DNA of 64,000 nt. It comes from Octopus bimaculoides (Eukaryota). Made by a program: the position numbers and the translations under genes. Location of the stretch: NCBI RefSeq assembly GCF_001194135.2, contig NC_068989.1:70160061-70224060 (forward strand), in the 5' to 3' direction. Shown one piece after another: positions 1 to 12,071 of the stretch. Position 1 is the first letter of the stretch. The number at the start of each line of letters is the position of its first letter. The notes beneath the pieces are model-generated. The model saw nothing but the letters and a program-made list of their open reading frames with translations, was not told where the DNA came from and searched no databases.

Positions 1-36
<36 letters not shown>

Positions 37-449
37 TACTAACTTTATTTTTATTCCAACTTAACCAACTCTTTAAAGTAGTTGATGCATTCAGGATGGT
101 TTTTTTTTGTAGTAATTTCACCCCTTTTATTCCTTTCAGTTTAGTTCATCTATACACAATTACCCTTTGAATATGAAAACACGCATACATCTTTTGAATT
201 CGTTTTTAATAGAAACATCTAAATATAAATTTCAATGTGATTATCACCAAGTTTGAATGATTACACAGATGTCTTGTTGCTTATTTAGCCATACGTGACA
301 ATTTAGGTAAGAAAAGGTCAAGTGTACAGTATTATGTATGTATAACAATGTACATAGACTCGTTTACTTAGGTTTTTGCTTGTGTCCATATATAGATACA
401 CAGTTGCACACATACCCCATATGTACATATATACACACATACAAATGCA

Positions 450-527
450 CACATACAAATACACATACACACATACATATCATATACAAATACACATACA
501 CACATACATATCATATACACACATATG

Positions 528-610
<83 letters not shown>

Positions 611-990
611 GTGTGTGTGTGTGTCAGTGAGTCAGTGTATACGTATGTGTGAATGCCTTCTACTATGTGCATTTAAATATAGATGTATTAGATGTATGAT
701 TACATATGTGTGTGTTATTATGTATATATGTGTCTATATTTGTGTACTTTATACGATGAACATCTTTTCTTTCTACCCAGTTATGTAAATATTTTCAATA
801 TTTGCTTATTGTTTTGCTTACGCACAAACCTTATGTATGTATGTATGTATGTATGCATGTATGTATGTATGCATGTGTGCACGAATGTATGTGTGAATGT
901 ATTATGTGCATATGTATGTATGCGTCTACATATGAATGTATGAATGTATGTATGCATGTATGTATGTAATGTGAATTTGCATAAATATAC
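450..990. repeat. Compound microsatellite tract (CA/TA/TATG)
   Basis: (AT)n run at about 529-609 flanked by degenerate (CA)n, (TG)n and (TATG)n; explains ORFs 338..652, 525..788 and 692..943. Confidence 0.95.
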
Positions 991-999
991 ATGTATGTA

Positions 1000-1243
1000 T
1001 TCTTTTATTCTTTTATTCCTTTACTTGTTTCAGTTATTTGACTGCAGCCATGCTGGAACACCGCCTTGAAGTGTTTTAGTCAAACAAATCAACCCCAGAA
1101 CTTAATTTTTTCCTAAGTCTAATACTTATACGATGAGTTTATTTTGCCAAACTGCTAAGCTTCAGGTACATAAACACACCAACATTGGTTGTCAAATGGT
1201 GATAGGGGGACAAACACAGACACAAAGACATTTACACAGATAT
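1000..1243 (-). mobile_element. tRNA-derived SINE family A, 3' half
   Basis: Same 3' module (tttacttgtttcagt...gactgcagccatgctgga...ggggacaaacac) recurs at 18000, 24900, 28260, 37850, 44815, 47725 and 50900. Confidence 0.8.
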
Positions 1244-1249
1244 AATGTC

Positions 1250-1681
1250 GTCTCCATTGGACATGAAACTCTGCTTGCGAAGACCTGTTGGGGCAAGCGA
1301 AACCGAAATCGTGATGGCACCTGTGCCCAGCATCGCCTTCCTGGCACTTGTGCCAGTGGCACGTGTAAAGACATTTGAACGAGATCGTTGCCAGTACCGC
1401 TGGACTGGCTCCTGTGCCGGTGGCATGTAAAATACACCATTTTGAATGTGGCTGTTGCCAGTACCGCCTGACTGGCCTTCATGCCGGTGGCACGTAAAAG
1501 CACCCACTACACTCTCGGAGTGGTTGGCATTAGGAAGGGCATCCAGCTGTAGAAACTCTGCCAAGATCAGATTGGAGCCTGGTACAGCCATCTGGTTCAC
1601 CAGTCCTCAGTCAAATCGTCCAACCCATGCCAGCATGGAAAGCGGACGTTAAACGATGATGATGATGATGATGATGATGAT
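1250..1681 (+). mobile_element. RTE-clade LINE 3' UTR with (GAT)n tail
   Basis: Homologous to 60730-61200, which directly follows an RTE ORF end; ends ccaacccatgccagcatggaaagcggacgttaaac(GAT)n. Confidence 0.8.
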
Positions 1682-1689
1682 ATACATAT

Positions 1690-1787
1690 ATATATATGTA
1701 TGACAGTTGTCTTTCAGTTTCCGTCTACCAAATCCACTCAGAAGGCTCTGTGAAGAAGCTTTTTAGCACACAGCCACGCCTGGGCCT
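1690..1787 (-). mobile_element. SINE family A, 5' portion
   Basis: ctttcagtttccgtctaccaaatccactca matches the other family A copies. Confidence 0.7.
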
Positions 1788-2215
1788 ATGTATGTATATG
1801 TACCTGTATTTACACCCTAAGAGAATATAAAACTCTGCTGCCTCTCATTAATTTCTCTCCTTTTGACTTTTTCCCCTGAAGAAAGACTGTGTCCAAAGCA
1901 TTAGATATTCCACTCCTCACAGCAAATTCACTGTACACTTTTTATCAATTTTAGTACATGATATAGTAGAGACACGTGGTTTAGTAGTTAGGGTGTTAAA
2001 CTCGTGATTGTAAGATTGTGGGGCAAACTTTCGGTGAAAGTATCATGATAATGAAAGTGTTTGTTTGGCAATTTCCATACAAAATTTTTATTTCTTTAAT
2101 TATTTTTTCAGCTGAGCTGCTCTTGTTTATGTATTTTTTGTGTATGTATTATGTTTTTCATGTATGTATATTTGCATAAGTGCTGTATGTGTGTGAATAC
2201 ACATTAACAAATATT

Positions 2216-2306
2216 AAAAAATATAGAACACTTCACAAATTTGCATGTCATCCTTGCACAGGAGCCATGCTAATCTTCCCTGTATCATTCCAATTTCAGT
2301 ATATGT
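2216..2306 (-). pseudogene. RNU6: 5'-truncated U6 snRNA pseudogene (about U6 nt 18-106)
   Basis: Reverse complement aligns without gaps to canonical U6 as recalled (ACATATAC...GATTAGCATGG...GGATGACA...ATATTTTT) with 9 transitions; first ~17 nt missing; ACAGAGA box reads ACAGGGA. Confidence 0.95.
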
Positions 2307-2687
2307 TTCTCATCACTCCAAATGGATAAATCTTATGCCATTTACTAAAGATTTCCATGGGGAGGAACATTTTAATGAGTCTTTAGACTTATTTTTGTGA
2401 GTCTCATCCGAACATACACAAATTTACATACATACACAAAAACACATACATACACAAATATACATACACACACACATAAACACATACATATATATACACA
2501 CAAAAATACATAAACATAGCACTTACACAAATATACATACATACTTACACATAAACACATAATACATACACAAGAAATGCATAAACATAAGTGATTCAGT
2601 TGAAATAAATTAAAGAAATAAAAATTTTGTACAGAAATTACCAAACATGCACTTTCATTATTGTGATACTTTAACCAAAAGAATGCC

Positions 2688-2878
2688 AATTGTGGTTTCA
2701 ATTCCTGGACCAAGTAACTTCATTTCATGTTGCTCCAATCCACTCAGCTGGTAAAAATGAGTTATCCTGTGGCAGACCAGCATCCCATCCAGGTGGGGAA
2801 TGCATTCGCCATGGAAACCAGGAAATTGGCCCTTTGAATCTATGTGACTCAGGAAGGAACCTTACTTTTACTTTACTA
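2688..2878 (+). mobile_element. tRNA-derived SINE family B fragment
   Basis: gtggtttcaattcctggacc head remnant plus ttcatgttgctccaatccactcagctggtaaaaatgag module shared with 22600, 23400, 26200, 38480 and 42960. Confidence 0.7.
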
Positions 2879-5619
2879 CATAATAAAAGTCTTGCTGACG
2901 CAGAACAGCACCAGCCTTTTTGGAGTCTGGTTGATCGTGTGTGTGTGTGTGTGTGTGTGTGTTCACATGCACACGCATATGTACACACGGAATGTGTTGA
3001 TATTTACCTGTGTAAAATCTGGTGTCGTATCTCAGGAAGCTAACTTAGCTGTTCAATAAATACAGTTTGATATAAAAGAAGTTCCAGACTGAAATAAGTA
3101 TTGTGGCTAGTATGCTCAACTTAAACCTTTGAAAGTGGGGCCCAAGTATGGCCACCATCCACTGGTCAAAACCCTGTAACAGAATAACAGAATTAAGTAT
3201 TAAAGGTAAATTTTTCAATACTTCATACTCTGTGTATTAAATCTGACTGTAACTGGTTAACCTTACATTTTAAACAACAACCATTTGTTCTCAAGAGTTC
3301 TACAAATAATTCCATCTACTTCTTTTCACAGAACCATCTTTTCAATTGAGTTTCTGTTATATTGTTTACAGAAAAAAAATTTAGATTCTTGAACTTCTTG
3401 CCCTGTCTTCCTGAATGACTTATGTAAGATATTACTTCTGCAGAGTTTGTTTGTGTGTCCTATATATGTGGGATCTTCAAATTAATTAAAAAAATAAACA
3501 GTAGAATACTTTATATTTGTTGCTATATTAAATAAAAAGCTACTTATAATACCTAAACAAATTTAATGATGATTTTTATTTTACAATTATTTTTTATAAG
3601 TTTTTATTTTAAAATCATGAAGAAAAGCTATTCTAAAATTAATCAACATTGATTAAATTTTTGTAAACAGAAAATAACTTCAGAATTTAAAATAGAACAA
3701 TAACAATGTTATTTCATTGATTTCATTATCTTGGATTTTATTTTAACCTTCATTGCATAAATTTGTCTCTGCTTAATTTATCTTATTTAGTTTTAACTTG
3801 AAATTTGTTTGGCAATCTACATTTAAAACCTCAAATAAATCAGAAAAGTTCAAAAACCTATTCATGGGATGCATGCAGAGCAGTGAGAATCCAAACAATA
3901 ATGTATCTGTTTATTCGTAATACATTCTTGCCAATTTGAACATGAATATCTAATTGCTGTTTTTCATCATTGGAGAACATCACTTCTCCAAAGATGACGT
4001 GTGTTCATAACACACGCAATTCACAAGTGTAAGGAGACTTTGAGACCCTGCAGTGTTTTGATCTCCTTGCGTGTTAAAGCTACCTCAATCAAAGTTACAC
4101 TGCCACATATCAGCAAATAATTTGTTTGTTGATTCCTAGAAACAAGAGTTCATGCTTTTGTGAGATTCATCAGTCTAGCACAGTAACTTTGATTGAGGGG
4201 ACACACAATGAGATCAAAACACTAAGGTATCTTAAAGTAATTTTACAACAGTAAATTACATGTGTTACTAGCAGAAATATCCAGCATTGCCTGGATTAAA
4301 GAAAATAATGAAATTTGAAAATGCCTTTTAGATCTCTAACATGACACATGGATTATGCAGTTCTCAACAGTAATTAGCTGAGGTACAAACTATTAATGTC
4401 AATAACATATTTTGTCCAATGTTCTCACTGTTAAAATTGTTAAAAAAAACAGGTAGTTCTTTGTCTTTGCAATCACCTTCAATTGTCAGTACTTATTTGA
4501 AACACATTGAACCTGAAAATGTATAAACTTGAGAAGAACCAGCCTGCAAGCACTCCTCTCCTGTTAAAAAGTACATCAACTCCATGCAAAATACATTTAA
4601 ATGAGCATTCATTATANNNNNNNNNNNNNNNNNNNNNNNNNNNNNNNNNNNNNNNNNNNNNNNNNNNNNNNNNNNNNNNNNNNNNNNNNNNNNNNNNNNN
4701 NNNNNNNNNNNNNNNNNNNNNNNNNNNNNNNNNNNNNNNNNNNNNNNNNNNNNNNNNNNNNNNNNNNNNNNNNNNNNNNNNNNNNNNNNNNNNNNNNNNN
4801 NNNNNNNNNNTATATATCGATCGCTGTACGCCAGCGTCTAACAGCTTTGGTTTTTTAATGCACAAAAAATTGAAATTATTTTTTTTCTGTGCCTCTGATT
4901 AAAATTTTCGAAAAACAAACCCAGCCACATTACTTGGAAAAAAATAATCTTTATTGTGCTGGTTTTTCGTAAAATTTCACGCATGGGAAAGGCAACAAAA
5001 TCGCCCCTCCCCACTTTGAATGGGATATTCCTATCTTAAAAAGTAATAATCGATTATCTCGGTAACCATGGGAGTTGGAGGGCAATAAAAATCTCCTGAA
5101 CATGAGCGGACCATGCTGCCGCTCTGTGCTGTATTTCACGCGATTCCACTGCACCGTTCTCGAGTGAATTGGCCGACACTCAATCAATCAATCAATCAAT
5201 CAAGCAATCAAGAACACTGCAATTTATAGCATAGATGAATGCACATGGTCTAAAGAGAGAAAATATTCTCAGATGATGTAAAGCAATAGTAATCAGACAT
5301 TCACATTTAAATCTTCCAGAACATATTAAGAATGAATGTTTCAGAAATCTGTCTATCATTAAAAAAATAAAAACATCAATCTGCTACAATTCAAAGTATA
5401 TTCAAAACAGAAATGGCATTGATTTATAAGATAGGTACATGGCAAAATATTTGGGGCAAAGATAATAATTGAGTGTATCAATACCAAAATTTGACTGGCA
5501 TTTTATTTCTCTATCCTGGGTAGTTGAAAGGAAAAGTCTGCCAGACCATATTTCAACTTTGAACTTAAAGAACTAAGAATTAATACTTAAGTTTAACTAA
5601 TTACTCAAGTTTAACTGAC

Positions 5620-5835
5620 AAGGTGGCAAGCTGTCAGAAGCAATAGCATGCTGGGCGGAATGCTTAGTGGTATTTCATCTGTCTTTATGTTCCAAGTTCA
5701 AATTCCACCAATGTCAACTTTACCTTTCATCCTTTTGGGGTCAATAAATTAAGTAACAGTTGCACACTGGGTCGATCTAATTGACTGGCCCCCCTCCCCA
5801 AAAATTTCAGGCCTTGTGTCTAGAGTAGAAAAAAA
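5620..5835 (+). mobile_element. tRNA-derived SINE family D
   Basis: ggtggcaagctgtcagaa...ttcaaattcc...tttcatccttttggggtcaataaattaagta...ggccttgtgtctagagtagaaaa; same family at 19392, 41645, 48700, 56330 and 63780. Confidence 0.8.
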
Positions 5836-6169
5836 TAACTCAAGTTTGACTGATAATTTGAGTTAAAGAATTTAACTCAAAGTATATTAACTAACTAATA
5901 TGCCGTGAGTTATTTAATTACTTGAGTAATAAAAATACTCAAGCCATATTATTCTATACTATAACGTTTCTGTCACTCCTCCTTCAAAACAAAAATAATA
6001 TTAGAGTAGGAAAAGTGAATATTTTATTGCAAGAGGTAAATTCTAAATGACTTGAGGCCACTCAGTGGTTTTGAAATCCTCATTGAAACTTATAAGGATT
6101 GTACCAAAAGTAATGCAAAAGAGGGCATAACTTTTTTGTTGACTGACATCAGTCATTCAAATTGTTGTT

Positions 6170-6445
6170 AGAAAAACTCTTTCTCCAACAGAGATACTGC
6201 TCAACATTTTCTCAATCACATGTAAAGTATTTGCATCACCACTGAAACCAACTCTCAAATCTTCTTTGAAAATATTCATGTATTTACTGTTGTATTCACT
6301 TCTTCATATCGACTTCCACTTTATCTGTCATCAAATTGTCCCTGAAAACTCCTTTATGAGATTAAACAAGTGTGAGTTGGAGGGCACCAGATCTGGGCTG
6401 TAAAATAGACAAGGGACCACTGACCAACCCAATTTCCTGAGTGCC
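6170..6445 (-). mobile_element. Degraded mariner transposase C-terminal fragment
   Basis: Minus-strand translation gives YSPDLVPSNSHLFNLIKE (mariner YSPDLAPSD motif) followed by stops. Confidence 0.65.
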
Positions 6446-6597
6446 TGGTTTGTTGCATTATTTGCATTTATTGGTCACATTTGCATTATTTTTGGTATAA
6501 GAAGACCATAGTGGGTCTACTTGAACTTAGAGTGCAAAAAAACAGAACAAATATTGCAAGACATCCAATTCAACATTCTTACAATTCTGCCAGTCTT

Positions 6598-6752
6598 CTG
6601 TCACAGATTGGTGCTTCTTTTTAATGGATCCTAAAAGAGTGAAAGGCAAACTTTATCTCAGTGGGATTTGAACTTAAAGCACTGAGAGTTGGAACAAATA
6701 CCGCAAAGCTTGGAGTTCAATGTTCTAATGATCCTGCCAATTTGCCACCAAA
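6598..6752 (-). mobile_element. SINE family D fragment
   Basis: aaaggcaaactttatctcagtgggatttgaact...ctgccaatttgccacc is the reverse complement of the family D head. Confidence 0.7.
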
Positions 6753-7864
6753 TAAATTGGACTGTAATGACAGGTGTCCAATAAATAATTGACAACATTA
6801 CATTTACTTGTTCAGACTATTCATTCTCTGCAAGCTTTGTTCTACTTTATTTTATAATTATGTTATTATTTCTTATTCTAAATGTGTCTGAATTGAGGAA
6901 AACTTTACAAAATATATTGCCATATAAACAAATGCTATTTGAGCATTTAAGTGGAAGGTCTTTCTGGAGATCAGTTATAAATAACAACAATACTTTATGA
7001 CTCAAGTTGGCACTGGTAGCATCAATTTAAGACATTCCTTTTTTAAAAGGAACCTCTTGAAAGCATTGTGTGAGCATTGTTTAGAAATCAAAACCAGGCA
7101 GACTTTCTCAAATGGGAGTCATAACTGTCTGCTTCTGAATATGTTTTGTGGTATATAGCAGTGTTTGTGGTGATAATGTACCTATGTTGATTAGTTTAAT
7201 TTGTGTTATCCGTATTTATTTATTTTTGGCTTATTCTTAATAGGTGTTATTTAATTGTTGACTGACTTTGGAAATTATTGATTTTGTGAGTTATTTAACT
7301 TTGTGTTATAATGTAATCAGCTTACATGTGGTTAAATTTATAGTTATTATCCTGGTGAAAATAATTAGGTTTATATATTCCCAGGCAGCATTAGATTATA
7401 TGTTTCTAAGGTTTTTTTGACACCAACAGAAAAAGTGTTCCTGCCTATAGGTGTCAAAATCACGTCAATATCTGTTAAACAGCTGAGGATGGAATTCCCA
7501 ATTGCTTGAAGTTTATTCTATAGTAAGTTTTGTTTCTAAGGTTATCTTATTGATTGAGTACTATATATTTATAGGTATAATTGTTTATATGTTATTAAAT
7601 TTTAATATTGAATACTGATATTTGTTTGTACTGCTTCTCCAAAGATTCATTTTAGTTTTTTTTACAAATTAAACATTTGATTCTGGAATTGTCAGGAATT
7701 CCCATTTATTTTATTCCATACCTTTCTGGGTTTCCGTGGTTTAGGTTATTTAGTTTGATGAGGATAGTTTTTTTGATGAGAGGTACAACTTTCATTGTTA
7801 ATTTATCCACACAGGGTTGTTGCTTATATATACATATGTATGTGTGTGTGTGTGTATAAGTATA

Positions 7865-7977
7865 TATATCATCATCATTATCATCATCGTTTAACGTCCG
7901 CTTTCCATGCTAGCATGGGTTGGACGATTTGACTGAGGACTGGTGAAACCAGATGGCTACACCAGGCTCCAATCTGA
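7865..7977 (-). mobile_element. RTE 3' tail with (CAT)n
   Basis: catcatcgtttaacgtccgctttccatgctagcatgggttggacgatttgactgaggactggtg is the reverse complement of the 1600-1680 tail. Confidence 0.85.
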
Positions 7978-7989
7978 TATATATATATA

Positions 7990-8340
7990 TTACTCTTTCT
8001 GGACTATTTGATTCTGAACTTTATACCCTCCGGCTGCACCTCTCCTACCCACGGATTACACTGGACCCATCTTCTGATTGGAAATCGCTTCAATATACCA
8101 CGACGTCTAAAAAACTTTTGAACTTTTGAACTTTTCCACTTTTGTAAACCTCCTTTATCATCTTTTTTTTATTCAATTTTTTTTCTCCGTGTTTTTCTCC
8201 TTGTCTCCGTATTCTTTCTGTTGAAGAGCGTAGCTCGAAACGTCAAAAACTTTCCGTATTCCCGAGCGTCATACTAATACATCCTTTTGTTATTTACACC
8301 ACCTGTCCTCGTCCATTGTTGTTTTTTCGTATATTCTCCC
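7990..8340 (+). mobile_element. Putative Penelope pseudo-LTR-like repeat carrying a minimal hammerhead motif
   Basis: TTGAAGA-GCGTAGCTC-GAAA-CG-TC at 8221-8244; flanks homologous to 47975-48140. Confidence 0.55.
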
Positions 8341-9182
8341 ATATATATATATACACACACACATATATATGTATGTACATATGTGTGTGTGTGTATATAT
8401 ATATAAGTACATATAAATATATATACATGCATACATACAGATGTAGGCATAGAGGCACTCATACATACATAAATTCTTAAATACAGAGATGCATACACCT
8501 AAACGTTAGCTAAAAATCACCTGTTAAATGCTTCTTTGATTACAGTTTGAAATAAATTGTGACAGTAAGCAAATGGCATTTATATGTTCCATTTTCGTGA
8601 AGATTGCATATTGAAATAAGTTGGCTCCTCGCATGTTGTTTCAAAAGCTATTTTGTGGACTAACCTACTATCAAGTGCTGTTGATAATAGATTAAGGCAG
8701 ATTAACCAATGAGAGAGTTTTTTTTTTTAATGCCCTTTATAACAATATGCAAGCTGAATATGGAAAAATTAAATGCCATTTACTACATTAACAATTTATT
8801 TCAAACCAAAATATTTCAAAGGTAATTTTCATCCAATATTTAGATGCTGATTTTTTTGCTGGTGTGTGTGTGTAAATATGCATAAATACATATACACACA
8901 GATACACACTCACATACACAATCACACACAAATGTATATGTATATTATACCTTCACAAGAAGAGGGGTAACAATGACATTGCATTTTCAGCCTAACTTCC
9001 ATCAGATTGTCTGACAAAGATTTGCAGATCAAATCTTCAAAAGTGACTGTCACCCATCTTATTGTAAAAGTACAATAAACAAGTATTCCGCAAAAAAGTA
9101 TTGAATAATTGTTCAGTTTAATGTTAAATTTTTCATTATTATTGATACTTGACTTAAAAACAAACATTGATATTTATCTATC

Positions 9183-9219
<37 letters not shown>

Positions 9220-9708
9220 NNNNNNNNNNNNNNNNNNNNNNNNNNNNNNNNNNNNNNNNNNNNNNNNNNNNNNNNNNNNNNNNNNNNNNNNNNNNNNNNN
9301 NNNNNNNNNNNNNNNNNNNNNNNNNNNNNNNNNNNNNNNNNNNNNNNNNNNNNNNNNNNNNNNNNNNNNNNNNNNNNNNNNNNNNNNNNNNNNNNNNNNN
9401 NNNNNNNNNNNNNNNNNNNNNNNNNNNNNNNNNNNNNNNNNNNNNNNNNNNNNNNNNNNNNNNNNNNNNNNNNNNNNNNNNNNNNNNNNNNNNNNNNNNN
9501 NNNNNNNNNNNNNNNNNNNNNNNNNNNNNNNNNNNNNNNNNNNNNNNNNNNNNNNNNNNNNNNNNNNNNNNNNNNNNNNNNNNNNNNNNNNNNNNNNNNN
9601 NNNNNNNNNNNNNNNNNNNNNNNNNNNNNNNNNNNNNNNNNNNNNNNNNNNNNNNNNNNNNNNNNNNNNNNNNNNNNNNNNNNNNNNNNNNNNNNNNNNN
9701 NNNNNNNN

Positions 9709-9743
<35 letters not shown>

Positions 9744-9949
9744 TATACATATATATTTAAGATCATCTGGGTAATAGCCTTATAGTGCGCTTTCCCAAGT
9801 TTCTCTATGGGTATTAGCTACCATTTGCTATCATACTGTAGGACTTCTCCTTTCACTGGATATACATGTGGAAATCCGTTAATATCTACAGAATTTATAC
9901 AAAATGGTTTTAATACAAGATGGAATGTGAGAGTGAGAGAGAAAGAGAG

Positions 9950-11553
9950 GGGAGTGAGAGAAGTATTTGAGGTCATTTTGGGTAATCTAAGCAAAAACAA
10001 ATGCATTTTAATAAAAATTTGTGCACATGTTCTTGATAAGCTTTCTCATAAGATTATCCTGTGAATCTACCTTCAGTTTTGACAAGTGCCATTGTGGTAC
10101 AGGAATCGTTGATATACCTGCAGTAAATAGCCCTTATACATTTCAGACATTGCTGAGACAAAGGGGTCTTCAGTGAAGCTTCTGGTATTGTGAGGATTAA
10201 TCTCCCTTTCAATGACATTCCAAACATAATACTCTATGGGATTTAAATCTAGCAAGTTCAGAGGCCATAAATTTCAGGTTACACCATCGTAAAGATTGTT
10301 TGACATCTGTTCTTGGATTACAGGATCTTTGTAAGAAGTTGCTGAGTCTTGTTGAAACACATTTGGCTTTCTAATGTGCACTTTATCCACCCAGGGTTTA
10401 CAGTTGTCTCTATTTCTTCAGGCAGCATTAATCTTAAGACTCTGTAGGGAGATGTGAGGTGGTATGACAAGATCTTTGTTACTCGGCACTCTTAAAACCA
10501 TCACACTTGCTAGAAACTTAGTATGTATTACTCTGGGGGGGGGGGGGTCATCTGAAGGATTTGCACATAATCATCTGTTATTTTGTCAGCCAGACTTTTA
10601 GTCCTGGTCAAAGTTTTACTCATCAGAGAGGCATCAAAATATGGCATATTCAAGGTGGTTTCTAACTTTATTAAAAACTGCATGTCACAGATCAAAGAGT
10701 TTTCCTATGTCTTTGCAGCTATGAAAGGGCCTCTCATCAATACATACAATTCATATGCTCCTCAGTTCTGAAAGTAGATTCCAACAAATGAAGTTTTTCA
10801 GCAATGGCCCTCATTGATTTTCTGGGATCATCACTGAAAATGTTTTGAACCTATTAGATCAATTGTGGTGTCTTTATAGTGTTTGGACATTTAGAATGTT
10901 TTGTTTTCCTTGATACATTTGAAACATTCTTACCAGAAGCATGTGGAGGCGCAATGGCCCAGTGGTTAGGGCAGCGGAATCGCGGTCACAGGGTCGCAGT
11001 TTCGATTCCCAGACCGGGTGTTGTTAGTGTTTATTGAGCGAAAACACCTAAAGCTCCACGAGGCTCCGGGAGGAGATGGTGGCAAACCCTGCTGTACTCT
11101 TTCACCACAACTTTCTCTCACTCTTACTTCCTGTTTCTGTTGTGCCTGTAATTCAAAGGGTCAGCCTTGTCACACACTGTGTCACGCTGAATCTCCCCGA
11201 GAACTACATTAAGGGTACACGTGTCTGTGGAGTGCTCAGCCACTTGCACGTTAATTTCACGTGCAGACTGTTCCATTGATCGGATCAACTGGAGTCCTCG
11301 ATGTCGTAAGCAACGGAGTGCCAACAAAAAACCAGAAGCATCCAATTCCATCTGTACAAAAGATCATGCAACAGTTTAGAAACTTGGCAATTTCAAAATC
11401 ACTGTGTTCCACACATATGACTGCTTGTCTTTTGTTTTCTTTGTTAGCAATTTATCTACCATAGGGGATCTGAAAGAAATAAATGCCTATTAACTGGTTT
11501 GAAGAGAGTAATATATTGATAATTAAGTGTCTTCAAATACACCTCATACCCTA
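9950..11553 (-). mobile_element. Degraded maT (DD37D) Tc1/mariner transposon interrupted by a SINE
   Basis: Minus-strand peptides FQQDSATSYK, WPLNLLDLNPIEYYVW, DDPRKSMRAIAE and VEHSDFEIAKFL are colinear with the 26362 element; TIR remnant tagggtatgaggtgtatttga plus TA at 11532-11555 and aagtatttgaggtca at about 9960-9975. Confidence 0.8.
10943..11330 (+). mobile_element. Full-length, young tRNA-derived SINE (family C) with 11-bp TSD
   Basis: A-box TGGCCCAGTGG and B-box-like GTTTCGATTCC; CpG-rich; TSD ACCAGAAGCAT at 10932-10942 and 11331-11341. Confidence 0.93.
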
Positions 11554-11744
11554 TACATACATAGATACTTACATATATACATACAGATATGCATATTTGC
11601 ATATATACAGGCAGGCATGCATACATGCATACATTCATTTATACAGATTATGGTGGAAGGAACGGTATCCAACTATATAAAAACTGCCTCAAATTAGCTC
11701 CATTCAACTCATACAAGCATGGAAAAAAGGGCATGAAATGTTGG

Positions 11745-12037
11745 TAGTAGTGGTAGTGGTAATGATAATGATGATGATGATGATGACGACGACGACAACA
11801 ACGACGACGGCAATGATGAAGATGATGATGGTGATGATGATGATGACAGCGATGGCGATGATGACGATGATGACAACAACGATGATGATGATGAAAACAA
11901 CGAGATGACAATGACAACAATGATGATGATGATGATGTATCCATGACTAGGGAAAGAGAGAGAGAGAGTATGTGAGTGAGTGAGAGAGTGAGATTGAGTG
12001 AGAGAGAGTGTGTGTGTGAGTGAGTGAGTGAGTGAAG

Positions 12038-12065
<28 letters not shown>
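11745..12065. repeat. Imperfect (GAT/GAC/AAC)n followed by (GA/GT)n
   Basis: Direct inspection; source of the His/Ser-rich ORFs at 11648..11944 and 11709..11900. Confidence 0.95.

Positions 12066-12071
<6 letters not shown>

Noticed and set aside
338-943. ORFs rich in YI, HT, CV and ER dipeptides here and throughout the window
   Set aside because: Translations of (AT)n, (CA)n, (TG)n and (GA)n microsatellites
7415-7459. 10-bp inverted repeat TTTTGACACC/GGTGTCAAAA
   Set aside because: Short stem with a 25-nt loop; expected by chance in 64 kb and no further support
9109-9785. Long ORFs spanning N-gaps (also 20493-21482, 29978-30802, 42995-43944 and others)
   Set aside because: Length is produced by Ns; only the post-gap part of 20493..21482 is real (RLE fragment)
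10610-10635. CTGATGA on the minus strand
   Set aside because: Part of the maT transposase FSDE codons; no GAAA or stems
10943-11020. tRNA-like A/B boxes as a functional tRNA gene
   Set aside because: No cloverleaf; continues into a SINE body and is flanked by a TSD
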